Part shown: positions 10,455 to 20,267 of the stretch, in pieces
Numbering within the stretch: position 1 is the first letter of the stretch
Layout of the letters: the number at the start of each line of letters is the position of its first letter
Assembly (NCBI GenBank): GCA_965198235.1
Contig: OZ240248.1
Span: 512,001 to 576,000 of the forward strand
From: Candidatus Poribacteria bacterium
GTDB lineage: Bacteria > Poribacteria > WGA-4E > WGA-3G
Reading direction: 5' to 3'
DNA: 64,000 nt
Made by a program: the position numbers and the translations under genes
The notes under the pieces: generated by a model
Told to the model about the DNA's origin: nothing
Database searches by the model: none
Seen by the model: only the letters and a program-made list of their open reading frames with translations

Positions 10455-10519
10455 GCAGGGTAGGCACAAGACCTACCCCTACAGACATCGGCTCGGTACG
10501 GTTAGAAACCACACCTACC
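10455..10519 (-). repeat. Two GTAG-type REP-like palindromes
   Basis: Minus strand gtaggggtaggtcttgtgcctaccct and gtaggtgtggtttctaaccgtacc; the latter resembles 57847-57873. Confidence 0.6.
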
Positions 10520-10541
10520 AACGAAGTGTATAAGTTCTAAT

Positions 10542-11492
10542 TTATTTTTCTTTCACAGCCTTTTCACACACAAAGTCTGCTAACATGTTGATGAATTTGG
10601 GATGGACACCGACCGTGCCTGCTCGAATGAAATCGATGCCACAGGCTTCAGCGGTTTCTGTCGCCTCTATGTCCAAATCGTAGAGCACTTCGACATGGTC
10701 ACAGAGGAAGCCGATCGGTGAAGCGACGACGGTATCGACACCTTCTTCTTTTCGGGTTTTAAGCCAATCATTGATATCCGGCTGTGTCCATGGAATAGGG
10801 CTATTTTCTACCTCACTCTGGTATGCTAAACCGAATCGAGTTTTCCCAATTTGTTTAGCGACTACCTCGCCTGTTTTTCCAAATTGTTGTGTATAAGGTG
10901 AAGTATTCGCCGCTGATTGGGGAATTGCGTGTGCTGTGAAAACAAGTTCGGCGCGTGCTAATTTGTCGCCACATGCGGTTTCGATGATTTCGGCGATGGC
11001 ACCAACGTAACCTTCGTGTGTGTACCACGGGTCGAGATAATCAATAGTCGGTTTCTCACCATCGACTGCGTCGATTCCTTTTTTTACCGTTTGTTGGTAC
11101 CATTCCCAACTGACTTTGGATTGGTGCGGTGCCATGATAATGCCGAGTATTTTGTGGTGTCCTTTTTGTGCCATTTCCGCGATGACTTCTTTTAAATAGG
11201 GATTCCAATGTCTGAATCCAGTGTAAACAGGTAGCGGCAGATCGCGCGCTTGCAGTGCGGTTTCTAATGCGTCGGCTTGTTTGAAAGTCAATTCGTTGAA
11301 TGGCGAAAATCCGCCCAATTTTACGTAGTGGGCTGAGATGTCTTTTACGCGTTCTCTTTGAGATTCAGCTGCCCCGGCAATCCCCTCCACAAAGCAGTAG
11401 GCTTCACCGGGACACATATCGTTATTGTATTTTTGACAGCAGCCGGGTGTTGGTCCACCGAATGCAACGAGTAAGACACTATCGTATCTCAT
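10542..11492 (-). CDS. hemH: Ferrochelatase (HemH/CpfC)
   Basis: FGGP, HY..LGG.SP, FTAHAIP, AYQS, W..PDI, GFLCDHVEVLYDLD. Confidence 0.92.
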   Translation of the reverse strand: MRYDSVLLVAFGGPTPGCCQKYNNDMCPGEAYCFVEGIAGAAESQRERVKDISAHYVKLGGFSPFNELTFKQADALETALQARDLPLPVYTGFRHWNPYLKEVIAEMAQKGHHKILGIIMAPHQSKVSWEWYQQTVKKGIDAVDGEKPTIDYLDPWYTHEGYVGAIAEIIETACGDKLARAELVFTAHAIPQSAANTSPYTQQFGKTGEVVAKQIGKTRFGLAYQSEVENSPIPWTQPDINDWLKTRKEEGVDTVVASPIGFLCDHVEVLYDLDIEATETAEACGIDFIRAGTVGVHPKFINMLADFVCEKAVKEK

Positions 11493-11504
11493 TTTTGTTT
11501 CCTC

Positions 11505-12965
11505 CTATGCCATATTCGCTAACTGTGCTGGCATATACCTTGCGTCAGCGGCGATCGCCTTCGCGAAAGCTTCACGTGCGAGCGTCTCGTCTCCATTTGT
11601 GCGGTGCGCAAGTCCGATACAGAAGTATGCTTGTGCAAGTTGCGTCCCCTGAATTCCGATGACGAGAGCTTTATAGATGGATTCCAGTCCTATTTTTGTT
11701 TCGTCGCCGTTACGATAGGCAGAGAGAATGTGGTTGTACCCACGCAAAAGATGTGCTGGCGCGTGATTAGGGTCCAATTCAAGTGCAACATTGAGTGCTT
11801 TTTTAGCCTCGGCGAAGAAGTCACCCTTCTCAAGGACACTTGGCACGGTGCGGGACGCTTGTGTGAGCAAATCCGCGTATGCTGTCCACGCGTCGGGTAG
11901 ATTCGGATATTTTTCGGTTGCGGTTTTCAAGATAGCAATTGCTAAGCCAAAATCATTGCCTTCCGCGACCTCTTCGGCGATTTCTCGGTAAGCCTGAAAG
12001 TCTTCAAGTTCGTGTGTTTTTTGGTGAAGTTTTTCGGTATCCGCAGTTGGAATAGCTGAAGGTTTCAGATGTTGCCAACCCGGCTCTGGACCGTCGATTA
12101 ACCCACGATATACCCTTAAAATCGCATAACGGGGTGTTCCCCATACTTCAGCAATAGAGCGAATCCAGTCGGGTAAGTTGGCTTCCATTTCGGTAAGCAG
12201 TGTGTTTAAGGACATGCCCTGTTCAACACGTTTTCGGACTTCTGTTAGGAAATAGGACTCAATCTCAAGCAACAGGTCAATTTCGGCATCACGCGCTAAG
12301 GGTCCGTGTCCCGGTAGGACAGATTTAGGTTCGTATGCCTGGAGTTCTTTAATTGTGTTGATCCAATCGTGGTTCGCCATGAGTCCTTCATTCATAACGG
12401 GCTGTCCAAAGATGGGAAAACTCCCTGTCATAACGGTATCACCAGAGACGATGCAATCTTCTGCTGGGATCCTGATGGCAGTGGCATCATCCGTTTCTGC
12501 CTTTCCTAAGTGAACGAGGTGCAGCGGTTGATTGCCTAAATCGAGTTCGGTTTCGTGTGTGAACGTCTGTTGTGGTAGAAAAGGAGGATCGCCCAGTGTG
12601 AAACCGCGGGAACGCAGGAATGCCTCCTGCCGCGGCGACCTGTTCACCATAAAATCTTTGGTCATCTCGCGAGCGACAACGGTTGCCCCGGCTTCATGAA
12701 AAATAGTGTTTCCATTGGTATGATCCCAGTGGTAATGGGTGTTAATTGCGTACAGTATCGGTTTATCAGTAATGGTACGGATTGCATTGCGCAACCGTCG
12801 TGCCATCATTTGGTTTACCTGTGTATCAATTACCGCAACCCCTTTATCTCCAATGATAATAGAAGAGTTTACAATATTGCGAAAGAGATACACCCGTTCT
12901 GTTACTTTAACGAGCTGTCCGTATTGTCGTGGTGCAAAGGGGTTTTCGAGGATGTTTCTCATCAA
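11505..12965 (-). CDS. MBL-fold metallohydrolase with C-terminal TPR repeats
   Basis: INTHYHWDHTNGN, SGD, PGHG; C-terminal TPR-like helices (ALELDPNHAPAH, AYFCIGLAH). Confidence 0.85.
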   Translation of the reverse strand: MMRNILENPFAPRQYGQLVKVTERVYLFRNIVNSSIIIGDKGVAVIDTQVNQMMARRLRNAIRTITDKPILYAINTHYHWDHTNGNTIFHEAGATVVAREMTKDFMVNRSPRQEAFLRSRGFTLGDPPFLPQQTFTHETELDLGNQPLHLVHLGKAETDDATAIRIPAEDCIVSGDTVMTGSFPIFGQPVMNEGLMANHDWINTIKELQAYEPKSVLPGHGPLARDAEIDLLLEIESYFLTEVRKRVEQGMSLNTLLTEMEANLPDWIRSIAEVWGTPRYAILRVYRGLIDGPEPGWQHLKPSAIPTADTEKLHQKTHELEDFQAYREIAEEVAEGNDFGLAIAILKTATEKYPNLPDAWTAYADLLTQASRTVPSVLEKGDFFAEAKKALNVALELDPNHAPAHLLRGYNHILSAYRNGDETKIGLESIYKALVIGIQGTQLAQAYFCIGLAHRTNGDETLAREAFAKAIAADARYMPAQLANMA

Positions 12966-12970
12966 TTTTC

Positions 12971-14050
12971 CTACAGTGTTTTTGCGATGTGTACGAAATG
13001 CTTAACATTTTCAAATGGTGTGTCTCTGTGCAGACCGTGGTTCAGGTTCAAAATATGCCCAGTTTTTCCGCCCTGTTTTAGACAGGTCTCAACGGCTGCT
13101 GTGATATCGGCAGGTGTACCATCGCGAAGGATGTCGTTATCGACGTTTCCTTGAAAGGCGACGGCACCGTTTGTGTTTGCCTTGGCTTTGCTAAGATCCA
13201 CACATTTCCCAATGCTTAAGACATTTGCCCCGCTCTGATGCATTAAATCCACATAGTTGCATTCTTTTGCGAACAGAATTCCTGGTGCCTCTGGATTGAG
13301 TTCGGTGAAGATTCGCTGATGATAAGGAAAAGCGAACTCTTCATATATCTGCCTCGGTAAGACATCGGCGATAGACTCGAAAAGTTGCACTATTTGAACA
13401 CCCTCGCTGATTTGGTAGTTCAAGTAGTTAACAGTCATTTCGGTCAACTTATTTAGGAGACGATGTAAGAGTTCTGGTGCTTCTTCCATCATTCGGAAGA
13501 CTGGAGCCGCTTTTTCAGATATTCCTGAACCACGCTTGATCGGACTTTCCCCTGCGATGAGGAAAAAGGCAAGGGTCAAAGGTGCCCCGGCGAAACCGAT
13601 GAGGGGTAGTTCTTCGTTCAAGGTTTCGCGTAGTTTGCGAATGACCTTTCCTGTGAACGCTAATTGTGTGGAAGGATCATCGACGGGTCGAAGCGCGTCT
13701 ACTTGTGCTTGCGTGCGGATCGGCGGGTTTAAAATGGGCCCTGGATCGAATCGGAAATGCGCGCCCATAGGTGCCAAGGGAGTAAGAATGTCCTTATAGA
13801 CAATGATGGCATCGACACCGATACGTTTGGGCAGAAGTGATATTTTGACCGCTGATTCGACATCTGTTTGGGACATCGGTGCGGGGCAGGTCCGAAAGAG
13901 CCGTTCGAGCGGAAGGTTAAGCTCACGTCGAATTTGTCGGTAAACGGGATCTGACCTGCCTGCCTGCCGCATCATCCACACTGGAACGCGCTCCACCGGC
14001 AGACATTTCGATGCGCGAAGCAGTAAGTCATTTTTTAATTGTCGTTTCAT
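12971..14050 (-). CDS. hemE: Uroporphyrinogen decarboxylase
   Basis: PVWMMRQAGR, LIGFAGAPLT, QGNVD, HILNLNHG. Confidence 0.95.
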   Translation of the reverse strand: MKRQLKNDLLLRASKCLPVERVPVWMMRQAGRSDPVYRQIRRELNLPLERLFRTCPAPMSQTDVESAVKISLLPKRIGVDAIIVYKDILTPLAPMGAHFRFDPGPILNPPIRTQAQVDALRPVDDPSTQLAFTGKVIRKLRETLNEELPLIGFAGAPLTLAFFLIAGESPIKRGSGISEKAAPVFRMMEEAPELLHRLLNKLTEMTVNYLNYQISEGVQIVQLFESIADVLPRQIYEEFAFPYHQRIFTELNPEAPGILFAKECNYVDLMHQSGANVLSIGKCVDLSKAKANTNGAVAFQGNVDNDILRDGTPADITAAVETCLKQGGKTGHILNLNHGLHRDTPFENVKHFVHIAKTL

Positions 14051-14069
14051 ACTGATCGGAATTACCTCT

Positions 14070-14918
14070 TTAGCGCGCTTTCAAATTGCCCCACGTCGTC
14101 GCCAATTTGCCTGTAGGTTCTACTGGAGCAACACCAAGAACTTTGCCCACACCTTCTTCCATGAGCGTTTTCAGATCCGCCTCGCTCAAAGCATCGCTGA
14201 ACATCGCCACATCGTCAATGATGCCTTTGAAGTAGCCACCGTCACATCCGTGACCTGCCGGGCAGAGTCCACTTCCGATGAGTAAGCCTTTTTCAGGTGC
14301 CCCGACCTTATTCGGTCCCTTCGCCTTAAATTCGCCATCAATATAGAGTTCGTATTCAGTGCCGTTGTAGATACCGGCGACAAAATACCATTCGTTTGGT
14401 TTATTCACTGGTGTGTTCGCAGCGGCACAACCGGCTTGGCAACTTTTGAACTCAAAGTTGCCGCCGTTCCAGAATTCAAACCACCAATTCGCGCCGCCAC
14501 CGTCACCCGGATTACCGTTTGCGATGATAAGGGTAGCTGACCCTTTACCCCCCGGATTATTGCCTCCAATAGTGGTCGGATGCATCCAGAAAGTGACTGT
14601 GAACACCTCCGGATTGAACAGAGGTGACGGAGCGATTTCAACGTAATCATCTTTTCCGTCGAATATAACGGCTTGCCTGAATTGTCCGTCTTCCCATTTC
14701 GTGCCTTCCTTGAGTTCGCCATCGTTGCCGTTTCCGGATAAATCTTCGGCAATTTTTCCATTACCTTCATCGAAAAGCCAGATTCCAGCAACTGTCTTTG
14801 GGTCAATTTTGGCGTTACTTGTCGTAGCACAGTATAGGGTGAGGCATGCAAACCCGAAGCCTATCAGAATCCAATACTGCTTGGGTTTGCTAACAAGGAA
14901 TCTTATGAGAGAATTCAT
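14070..14918 (-). CDS. Secreted LamG/ConA-like domain protein with KLATTWG tail
   Basis: WLFDEGNG..DLSGNGNDG, FDGKDDYV, FKGIIDDVA; C-terminal VEPTGKLATTWGNLKAR. Confidence 0.88.
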   Translation of the reverse strand: MNSLIRFLVSKPKQYWILIGFGFACLTLYCATTSNAKIDPKTVAGIWLFDEGNGKIAEDLSGNGNDGELKEGTKWEDGQFRQAVIFDGKDDYVEIAPSPLFNPEVFTVTFWMHPTTIGGNNPGGKGSATLIIANGNPGDGGGANWWFEFWNGGNFEFKSCQAGCAAANTPVNKPNEWYFVAGIYNGTEYELYIDGEFKAKGPNKVGAPEKGLLIGSGLCPAGHGCDGGYFKGIIDDVAMFSDALSEADLKTLMEEGVGKVLGVAPVEPTGKLATTWGNLKAR

Positions 14919-15259
14919 TGTGAAATGTCCCCTTTTTGGTGTCGTTCAAGAAACTGCCGTAGTTTGGCAAAACTTTTTACATTTTTCATGATTCTGCCGC
15001 TCTCCCGTTCTTCGAGATAGAGAAAAAAGCCCATAAAATAGAGGCTCACTAAAAACAGCAGAAATCCAGTGAAACACTGTGCGATTGCCCAATAATTTGG
15101 TTGAAAACTCAGGTAAGGGGTGACAGCCACGGTGTCGCTTTTTGCGTCGGCTGAGCCCTGCTGAGGCCATTCTACCGAAACGAAGCCACCCCACCCAGTT
15201 ATTCCAAGAGATAAGAAAGCGATTGAAAGGACAAAAAGGATGAAAAATGGGATGCCCAT
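14915..15259 (-). CDS. Small hypothetical membrane protein
   Basis: Two hydrophobic segments; fills the gap between co-oriented genes with a 4-bp overlap. Confidence 0.6.
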   Translation of the reverse strand: MGIPFFILFVLSIAFLSLGITGWGGFVSVEWPQQGSADAKSDTVAVTPYLSFQPNYWAIAQCFTGFLLFLVSLYFMGFFLYLEERESGRIMKNVKSFAKLRQFLERHQKGDISQ

Positions 15260-15271
15260 ATTATTTACCGG

Positions 15272-16342
15272 TTAGGCAGAAACTTTTATCAAGCCCTTGG
15301 TGCAACCGTCTTCGCGATTGCGTACCTTTGTTATCCCTTCAACAAGTGATTCGAGTGAGAACTCGTGGCTGATGATTCTGTCCATGTTGACATCGCCACT
15401 CGAAATGAGTTGTACTGCTTCTTCCCACGTATCAGGTGCCAGCCAAGAGAACCTGATGGTTTTATCCATAAGGATCGTATCGAGAATGGGAACCTGCATT
15501 ATATCTGTATCGCCGGGGAGTCCGAAGATAACGACAGTTGCGTGTCTGCCTGTGACTTCTAAGGCGGTATGGATCGCGTCGAGCGAGCTGGTAGCCGTAA
15601 TTGCACGATCTGCCAATTCGCCGTCGTTGAGTTCCTGAATCATAGCACCTAAGTCTTCCACATAGTGAGAAGAATTGGTATCGCTGACGTTGACGACTAC
15701 GTCAGCACCGAGCTCCTTACCGCAGTCCAAGCGATAATCACGGGTTCCGACAAGGAGAACGTTTTTCAAGCCACGGCTTTTTAGGACTTGCACCATCATC
15801 AAGCCGATGGGACCGGGTCCGAAGACGACAGCGGTTTGTCCTTCCTCGGCGTTGAGATTATTGACAGCGTAAAGTCCGCAAGCGAGCGGCTCCGTTAGTG
15901 CCCCTTGATCGTATGTTACATTTTCGGGTAACTTGACTGTCCAACGATAGTCTGAGACTGCGTACTCCGCAAAACCACCATCAACCCCTACACCTAAGAC
16001 GCGTTTTTCGGGACATAAGTTGGACAATCCTTTCTGACTCCAGAAGGAATCTGGATTTGATTGAACAGGATTGACGACAACCCGATCACCTGCTTTGAAT
16101 CCACCTATTTCTCCTGCTTCGCTACCAACTTCGACGACTTCACCAGTAAATTCGTGTCCAAGGATAAGCGGTCCTTTTCCGTCATCGGTTTCAAGCGAAC
16201 TATTGCCAAAATAATATGCTACGTCCGAACCACAGATACCTACCGAACGGACTTGGACGAGCAAGTCATTGTCACCGGCGGCTGGCACGGGCCGATCTTC
16301 GAGGCTCATTGATTCAGGCTCATAGAAAATTTGGGATTTCAT
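15272..16342 (-). CDS. Zinc-dependent alcohol/polyol dehydrogenase (MDR family)
   Basis: GICGSD, GHEFTG, EPLAC, GPGPIG; ATG 16342 after GAGGAGG. Confidence 0.9.
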   Translation of the reverse strand: MKSQIFYEPESMSLEDRPVPAAGDNDLLVQVRSVGICGSDVAYYFGNSSLETDDGKGPLILGHEFTGEVVEVGSEAGEIGGFKAGDRVVVNPVQSNPDSFWSQKGLSNLCPEKRVLGVGVDGGFAEYAVSDYRWTVKLPENVTYDQGALTEPLACGLYAVNNLNAEEGQTAVVFGPGPIGLMMVQVLKSRGLKNVLLVGTRDYRLDCGKELGADVVVNVSDTNSSHYVEDLGAMIQELNDGELADRAITATSSLDAIHTALEVTGRHATVVIFGLPGDTDIMQVPILDTILMDKTIRFSWLAPDTWEEAVQLISSGDVNMDRIISHEFSLESLVEGITKVRNREDGCTKGLIKVSA

Positions 16343-16494
16343 TATTTGCCTCCTCAAGTTTGTAATGAATGTAGTAATTTTAGCATATCTGAAATTTAAA
16401 TTACAACGAAATTCAATCCTCAACGCCAGTATATTTGGTTTTCGGATGGACGGTTATCAGCATTCGGTGTTTAGTTGTTAGAAAGCGACCTATG

Positions 16495-17346
16495 TTAAAA
16501 AATAAATCGCATTTCCAGAAACAACAATCGACTGCAGAACTCGCCAAGAAGCACTGTGATGATGGCGATAAAGAGGAAACCGGTTGCAGCTCGTGTCGCA
16601 CCGAGCACATCGCGAGCGATAGATTTCGGACGCAAGCAGTCCCATGTAATGAAATAGAGGAACAACGTACCACCGATACCTATAAGTACCCGCATGCTGA
16701 AGATGATTTGATAGAAAAGGTTAAAGGGGATGGTATCTGTGGATTGCTGTCTGAAAAAGAGATTCAGGCAGAGCAACAGTGCCATACCCAAAAGCGTACA
16801 GAGCAGGACGGTATTAAACCGTTTCAGGTAAACCACCGGTAAATCGGGCACTACGAGATACCAATGACCAAACCACATCCCGCTGTGGACTGCACCGAGC
16901 AGCGCGGCGGCTGTCAAGAATTGAAGCGGTAACAGGAACATTTCACCCGGAAGTTGTACGATTTGAAGATACCGCTGGGCACTCAAAATCAGCCACGCCA
17001 CGCCGGAAATAAGTCCACTCAAGAAAAGGAGCCGTGTGAGGAGTGGTGTTTTGAACCACCAACTCAGTGTATAGATAAGGACAATGAGAACGAAACAGAT
17101 AACAGAAATAGACTCGGGATTCTGCCAAGATCCGAAGAAGTTGCGAAATGTGACAGGCTGCTGATGGAGTGCGAGGTTTGCGCATCGCGATAATCCGCTC
17201 ACGAGTAGATAGATGCTACCCATCAAACGGTAGAAATTCGCACCGACTAATCCTGTTGGGACTAAGAGGAGGAGAGCAAACCCACCAACTGCGAGTTGAC
17301 TGAAAACAAGATAAAAGACATCGACGATACTGAACATCGGGGGCAC
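16495..17346 (-). CDS. Uncharacterised polytopic membrane protein (GHWYL motif)
   Basis: About 8 hydrophobic segments, MWFGHWYL and AATGFLF motifs. Confidence 0.75.
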   Translation of the reverse strand: MPPMFSIVDVFYLVFSQLAVGGFALLLLVPTGLVGANFYRLMGSIYLLVSGLSRCANLALHQQPVTFRNFFGSWQNPESISVICFVLIVLIYTLSWWFKTPLLTRLLFLSGLISGVAWLILSAQRYLQIVQLPGEMFLLPLQFLTAAALLGAVHSGMWFGHWYLVVPDLPVVYLKRFNTVLLCTLLGMALLLCLNLFFRQQSTDTIPFNLFYQIIFSMRVLIGIGGTLFLYFITWDCLRPKSIARDVLGATRAATGFLFIAIITVLLGEFCSRLLFLEMRFIF

Positions 17347-17441
17347 TCGATAATTTCCAACAAGTGAATGGAAATCTCCGGGAGATTGGTTCTAATCAAA
17401 CCGTGCTGACGCTTGTGGCGTTTATTTTTTTACAAAAACGG

Positions 17442-17509
17442 AAACCCATTATAGTTCGCCGTAGAGCGATGAATTGGGCATCGCTATGCTCAAGAACCAT
17501 AATGGGTTT
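17442..17509. terminator. Long imperfect hairpin downstream of rplL
   Basis: aaacccattat/ataatgggttt outer stem, agcgatg/catcgct inner stem, followed by a T-rich run on the minus strand. Confidence 0.45.
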
Positions 17510-17567
17510 ACCTGTCGTGCGCGGTTTAAACACGCGCTGTCTGTGATGTAAGACGGTATGCTTCCGT

Positions 17568-17963
17568 CTATATAATTTCGACGGTGGCACCGAGGGCTTC
17601 GAGTTGTTCTTTAATTTTCTCGGCTTCCTCTTGGGCAATGCCTTCTTGAATGACGACTGGTGCGGATTCGACTTTCTCTTTGGCTTCCTTCAACCCGAGT
17701 CCAGTAATAGCGCGAACCTCTTTGATAACCGGAATCTTCTTGACACCGAAGTCTTTGAGTTGAACGTCGAATTCTGTTTGCTCTTCAGCTTCGGCTTCTT
17801 CTGCAGCAGCAGGGGCTGCTGGCATCATCCCAGGCATAGCAACTGCCGGTGCGGCTGATGCGCTGACTCCGAATTTATCCTCTAAGGCTTTGACCAGTTC
17901 AGAAAGTTCCAGAACGGTCATATTACTAATTTCGTCAATCAATTTTTCCAAGTCTGCGGCCAT
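17568..17963 (-). CDS. rplL: 50S ribosomal protein L7/L12
   Basis: [41 protein letters not shown]. Confidence 0.98.
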   Translation of the reverse strand: MAADLEKLIDEISNMTVLELSELVKALEDKFGVSASAAPAVAMPGMMPAAPAAAEEAEAEEQTEFDVQLKDFGVKKIPVIKEVRAITGLGLKEAKEKVESAPVVIQEGIAQEEAEKIKEQLEALGATVEII

Positions 17964-18092
17964 GTTTGTATCCTTTCTATATGTAGTATCAAATTAACTT
18001 GCTTAGAGATTTCCTGATCAAGTCGTGCGAGGTCAAGTCACGGGGACTTGGTTCCCCTCGATATTTGATATAAGCGCCGTATGCGCTTTGGG

Positions 18093-18659
18093 TTAGGCGT
18101 CTTCCGCCTCTTTCTTTTGGTCGGCAACCTGTGTCAGTACGGAGGTTACCTGACGTATCGTTCCACTGAGTACGTTCACCATACCTGTAATAGGTGAACC
18201 CTGACTTAAGGTGTTAACAAGTCCAGTGAGAGGTGCGCTGATAATCCCGACAGTGCGGGCGATCATGACATCTCGTGATGGCATATCTTTCAGGACTTCA
18301 ACGCCTGCCGCATCAACTATTCGTGTTCCAAGAATGCCACCTTTAACCTTAAAATTTTCGTGTTCCTCACCAAATTCAAGCAAGATTTTTGAAGATGTCG
18401 CCGGATCTGTACCAGTAGCGAGGGCTGTATTTCCTTTGAGATAAGGTGCTAAGCCATCAATACCTCTTTCTTGAGCGACGACGTTTATCAATGTATTCTT
18501 ACAGACCCTATAGCGGATACCGGCTGCTCGGAGTTGGTTCCGCAGTTCGTTAATTTCTGCGACGGTAAGCCCCTGAAAGTCTGTTAGCAGAACAACATCG
18601 GCATTGTCAAAAATCTCACGAATTTGTTCTGTTTGCTGAACATTTGCCTGATTCGGCAT
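18093..18659 (-). CDS. rplJ: 50S ribosomal protein L10
   Basis: DFQGLTVAEINELR, VCKNTL; between rplA and rplL. Confidence 0.96.
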   Translation of the reverse strand: MPNQANVQQTEQIREIFDNADVVLLTDFQGLTVAEINELRNQLRAAGIRYRVCKNTLINVVAQERGIDGLAPYLKGNTALATGTDPATSSKILLEFGEEHENFKVKGGILGTRIVDAAGVEVLKDMPSRDVMIARTVGIISAPLTGLVNTLSQGSPITGMVNVLSGTIRQVTSVLTQVADQKKEAEDA

Positions 18660-18749
18660 GTTTCAGCTCCTTTCTATGTAGGTTGTATAGTAACCGTGAC
18701 ACGATGCCGTGGTTTTCCTATTAACCTGTTAATTGGGTATACGATTGCA

Positions 18750-18905
18750 TGCAAAAAGCCCCCAGCAGGTGTCTGGAGGCTCACATAAAGAGGAGCAAAC
18801 AGGGGGTGATGAGATTTTACGGACGCTTCAATCGTACACCACTTGTTTCTGTTCCATTCAAGCCTCGGTAGGTAATTAAGCCGATGGCACCTACGTTCTA
18901 CGACT
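18750..18905 (-). promoter_or_regulatory. L10 leader (rplJL autoregulatory RNA) with downstream attenuator-like hairpin
   Basis: Minus gtcgtagaacgtaggtgccatcggcttaattacctaccgagg fits the L10-leader pattern; hairpin agcctccag..ctggggct followed by TTTT at about 18750-18782. Confidence 0.75.
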
Positions 18906-18947
18906 CTATTCAGTTATAGGGCTATCCCATATCGTATCCCGTACGGA

Positions 18948-19646
18948 TTATGCAAATTGTTGTGGGTCTATTCGGATAGCGACTCCCATTGTTGCTGATA
19001 TAGCAACACTCCGAATGTACCTACCTTTCACCGCTGACGGACGAGCGGCAACAAGCGCACCCATCACTGCGTTGAGGTTCTGTTTAATACTTTCTTCCTC
19101 GAACGAAACTTTGCCAATTGGAACATGAACAATACCGGAAGAACGTTCTGCTCGGTATTCGATTTGTCCGGCTTTGATATCTCGGATGGTTTCGGCGACA
19201 TCCATTGTGACAGTACCAGCTTTGGCGTTAGGCATTAAGCCTCGCGGTCCAAGGACTCGCCCAAGTTTGGGCATGATATTTCGCATTAAGTCCGGTGTTG
19301 CAATTGTTGCGTCAAAATCGAGCCATCCGCCAACAATTTTATCGACGAGATCGTCGGTTCCAACGAAATCTGCCCCCGCTTCTTCGGCTTGCCGTGCCGG
19401 ATCGCCTTGGGCAAAGACGACAACACGAACAGATTTTCCTGTTCCGTGCGGCAGCGCGACAGTGCCTCGGATATTCTGGTCTGCCTGTCGGGCGTCTATG
19501 CCGAGACGCGATGCCAAATCCACGGTTTCATCAAACTTCGCACTGCCCGTTTTTCTAACCAGCGAGACAGCCTCGTCTATCGTGTAAAGTTGAAGTCTGT
19601 CTACGTGTTCGTTGATGCCGCTGTATCGATTCCCTCTTTTCGCCAT
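18948..19646 (-). CDS. rplA: 50S ribosomal protein L1
   Basis: AKFDETV, RGTVALPHGTGK, LGRVLGPRGLMPN. Confidence 0.98.
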   Translation of the reverse strand: MAKRGNRYSGINEHVDRLQLYTIDEAVSLVRKTGSAKFDETVDLASRLGIDARQADQNIRGTVALPHGTGKSVRVVVFAQGDPARQAEEAGADFVGTDDLVDKIVGGWLDFDATIATPDLMRNIMPKLGRVLGPRGLMPNAKAGTVTMDVAETIRDIKAGQIEYRAERSSGIVHVPIGKVSFEEESIKQNLNAVMGALVAARPSAVKGRYIRSVAISATMGVAIRIDPQQFA

Positions 19647-19741
19647 GTTGTTCTCCATGGGGCATATCTCTATTACCCCGTTTCAAAGTGAACTTATCCG
19701 TATATCAACGATGCTATGCTTCGCCAGACGGATAAGCTTCG

Positions 19742-20164
19742 CTAATTAACCGTCAATCCCATGCTACGAGCGGTTCCTTCTACCATCCGCATTGCCGCCT
19801 CTAAGTCTGTCGTATTTAAGTCAGGTAATTTCGTCTGTGCGATTTCGCGGATTTGCTCCATTGTAACGGAAGCAACCTTGTTCCGGTTGGGTTCGCCAGA
19901 ACCTTTGGCAATCTTTGCTGCGGATTTGAGTAAGATTGCGGCAGGCGGTGACTTTACGCTGAAACTAAACGACCGATCACTATAACAAGTGATGACGGTT
20001 GTCACCACCATTCCGGCTTGATGCTGCGTCTGGGCGTTAAACGATTTGATAAACTCCTGCAGATTAATCATGTAAGGTGCGAGACTGGGACCAACGGGTG
20101 GTTGTGGTGTCGCCTGTCCGGATACTAACTGGAGTTTAACTTCACCTGCTACTTTCTTTGCCAT
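19742..20164 (-). CDS. rplK: 50S ribosomal protein L11
   Basis: [24 protein letters not shown]. Confidence 0.98.
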   Translation of the reverse strand: MAKKVAGEVKLQLVSGQATPQPPVGPSLAPYMINLQEFIKSFNAQTQHQAGMVVTTVITCYSDRSFSFSVKSPPAAILLKSAAKIAKGSGEPNRNKVASVTMEQIREIAQTKLPDLNTTDLEAAMRMVEGTARSMGLTVN

Positions 20165-20267
20165 TGTTTTTCCCTATTTTGGGTTGTGAGCGTTCCACGG
20201 TGCATTTTACAGTAAGACGGCGCGAACTCACAATCATGGTTCTCTATTTAAACAACGCCGTTTGAGT

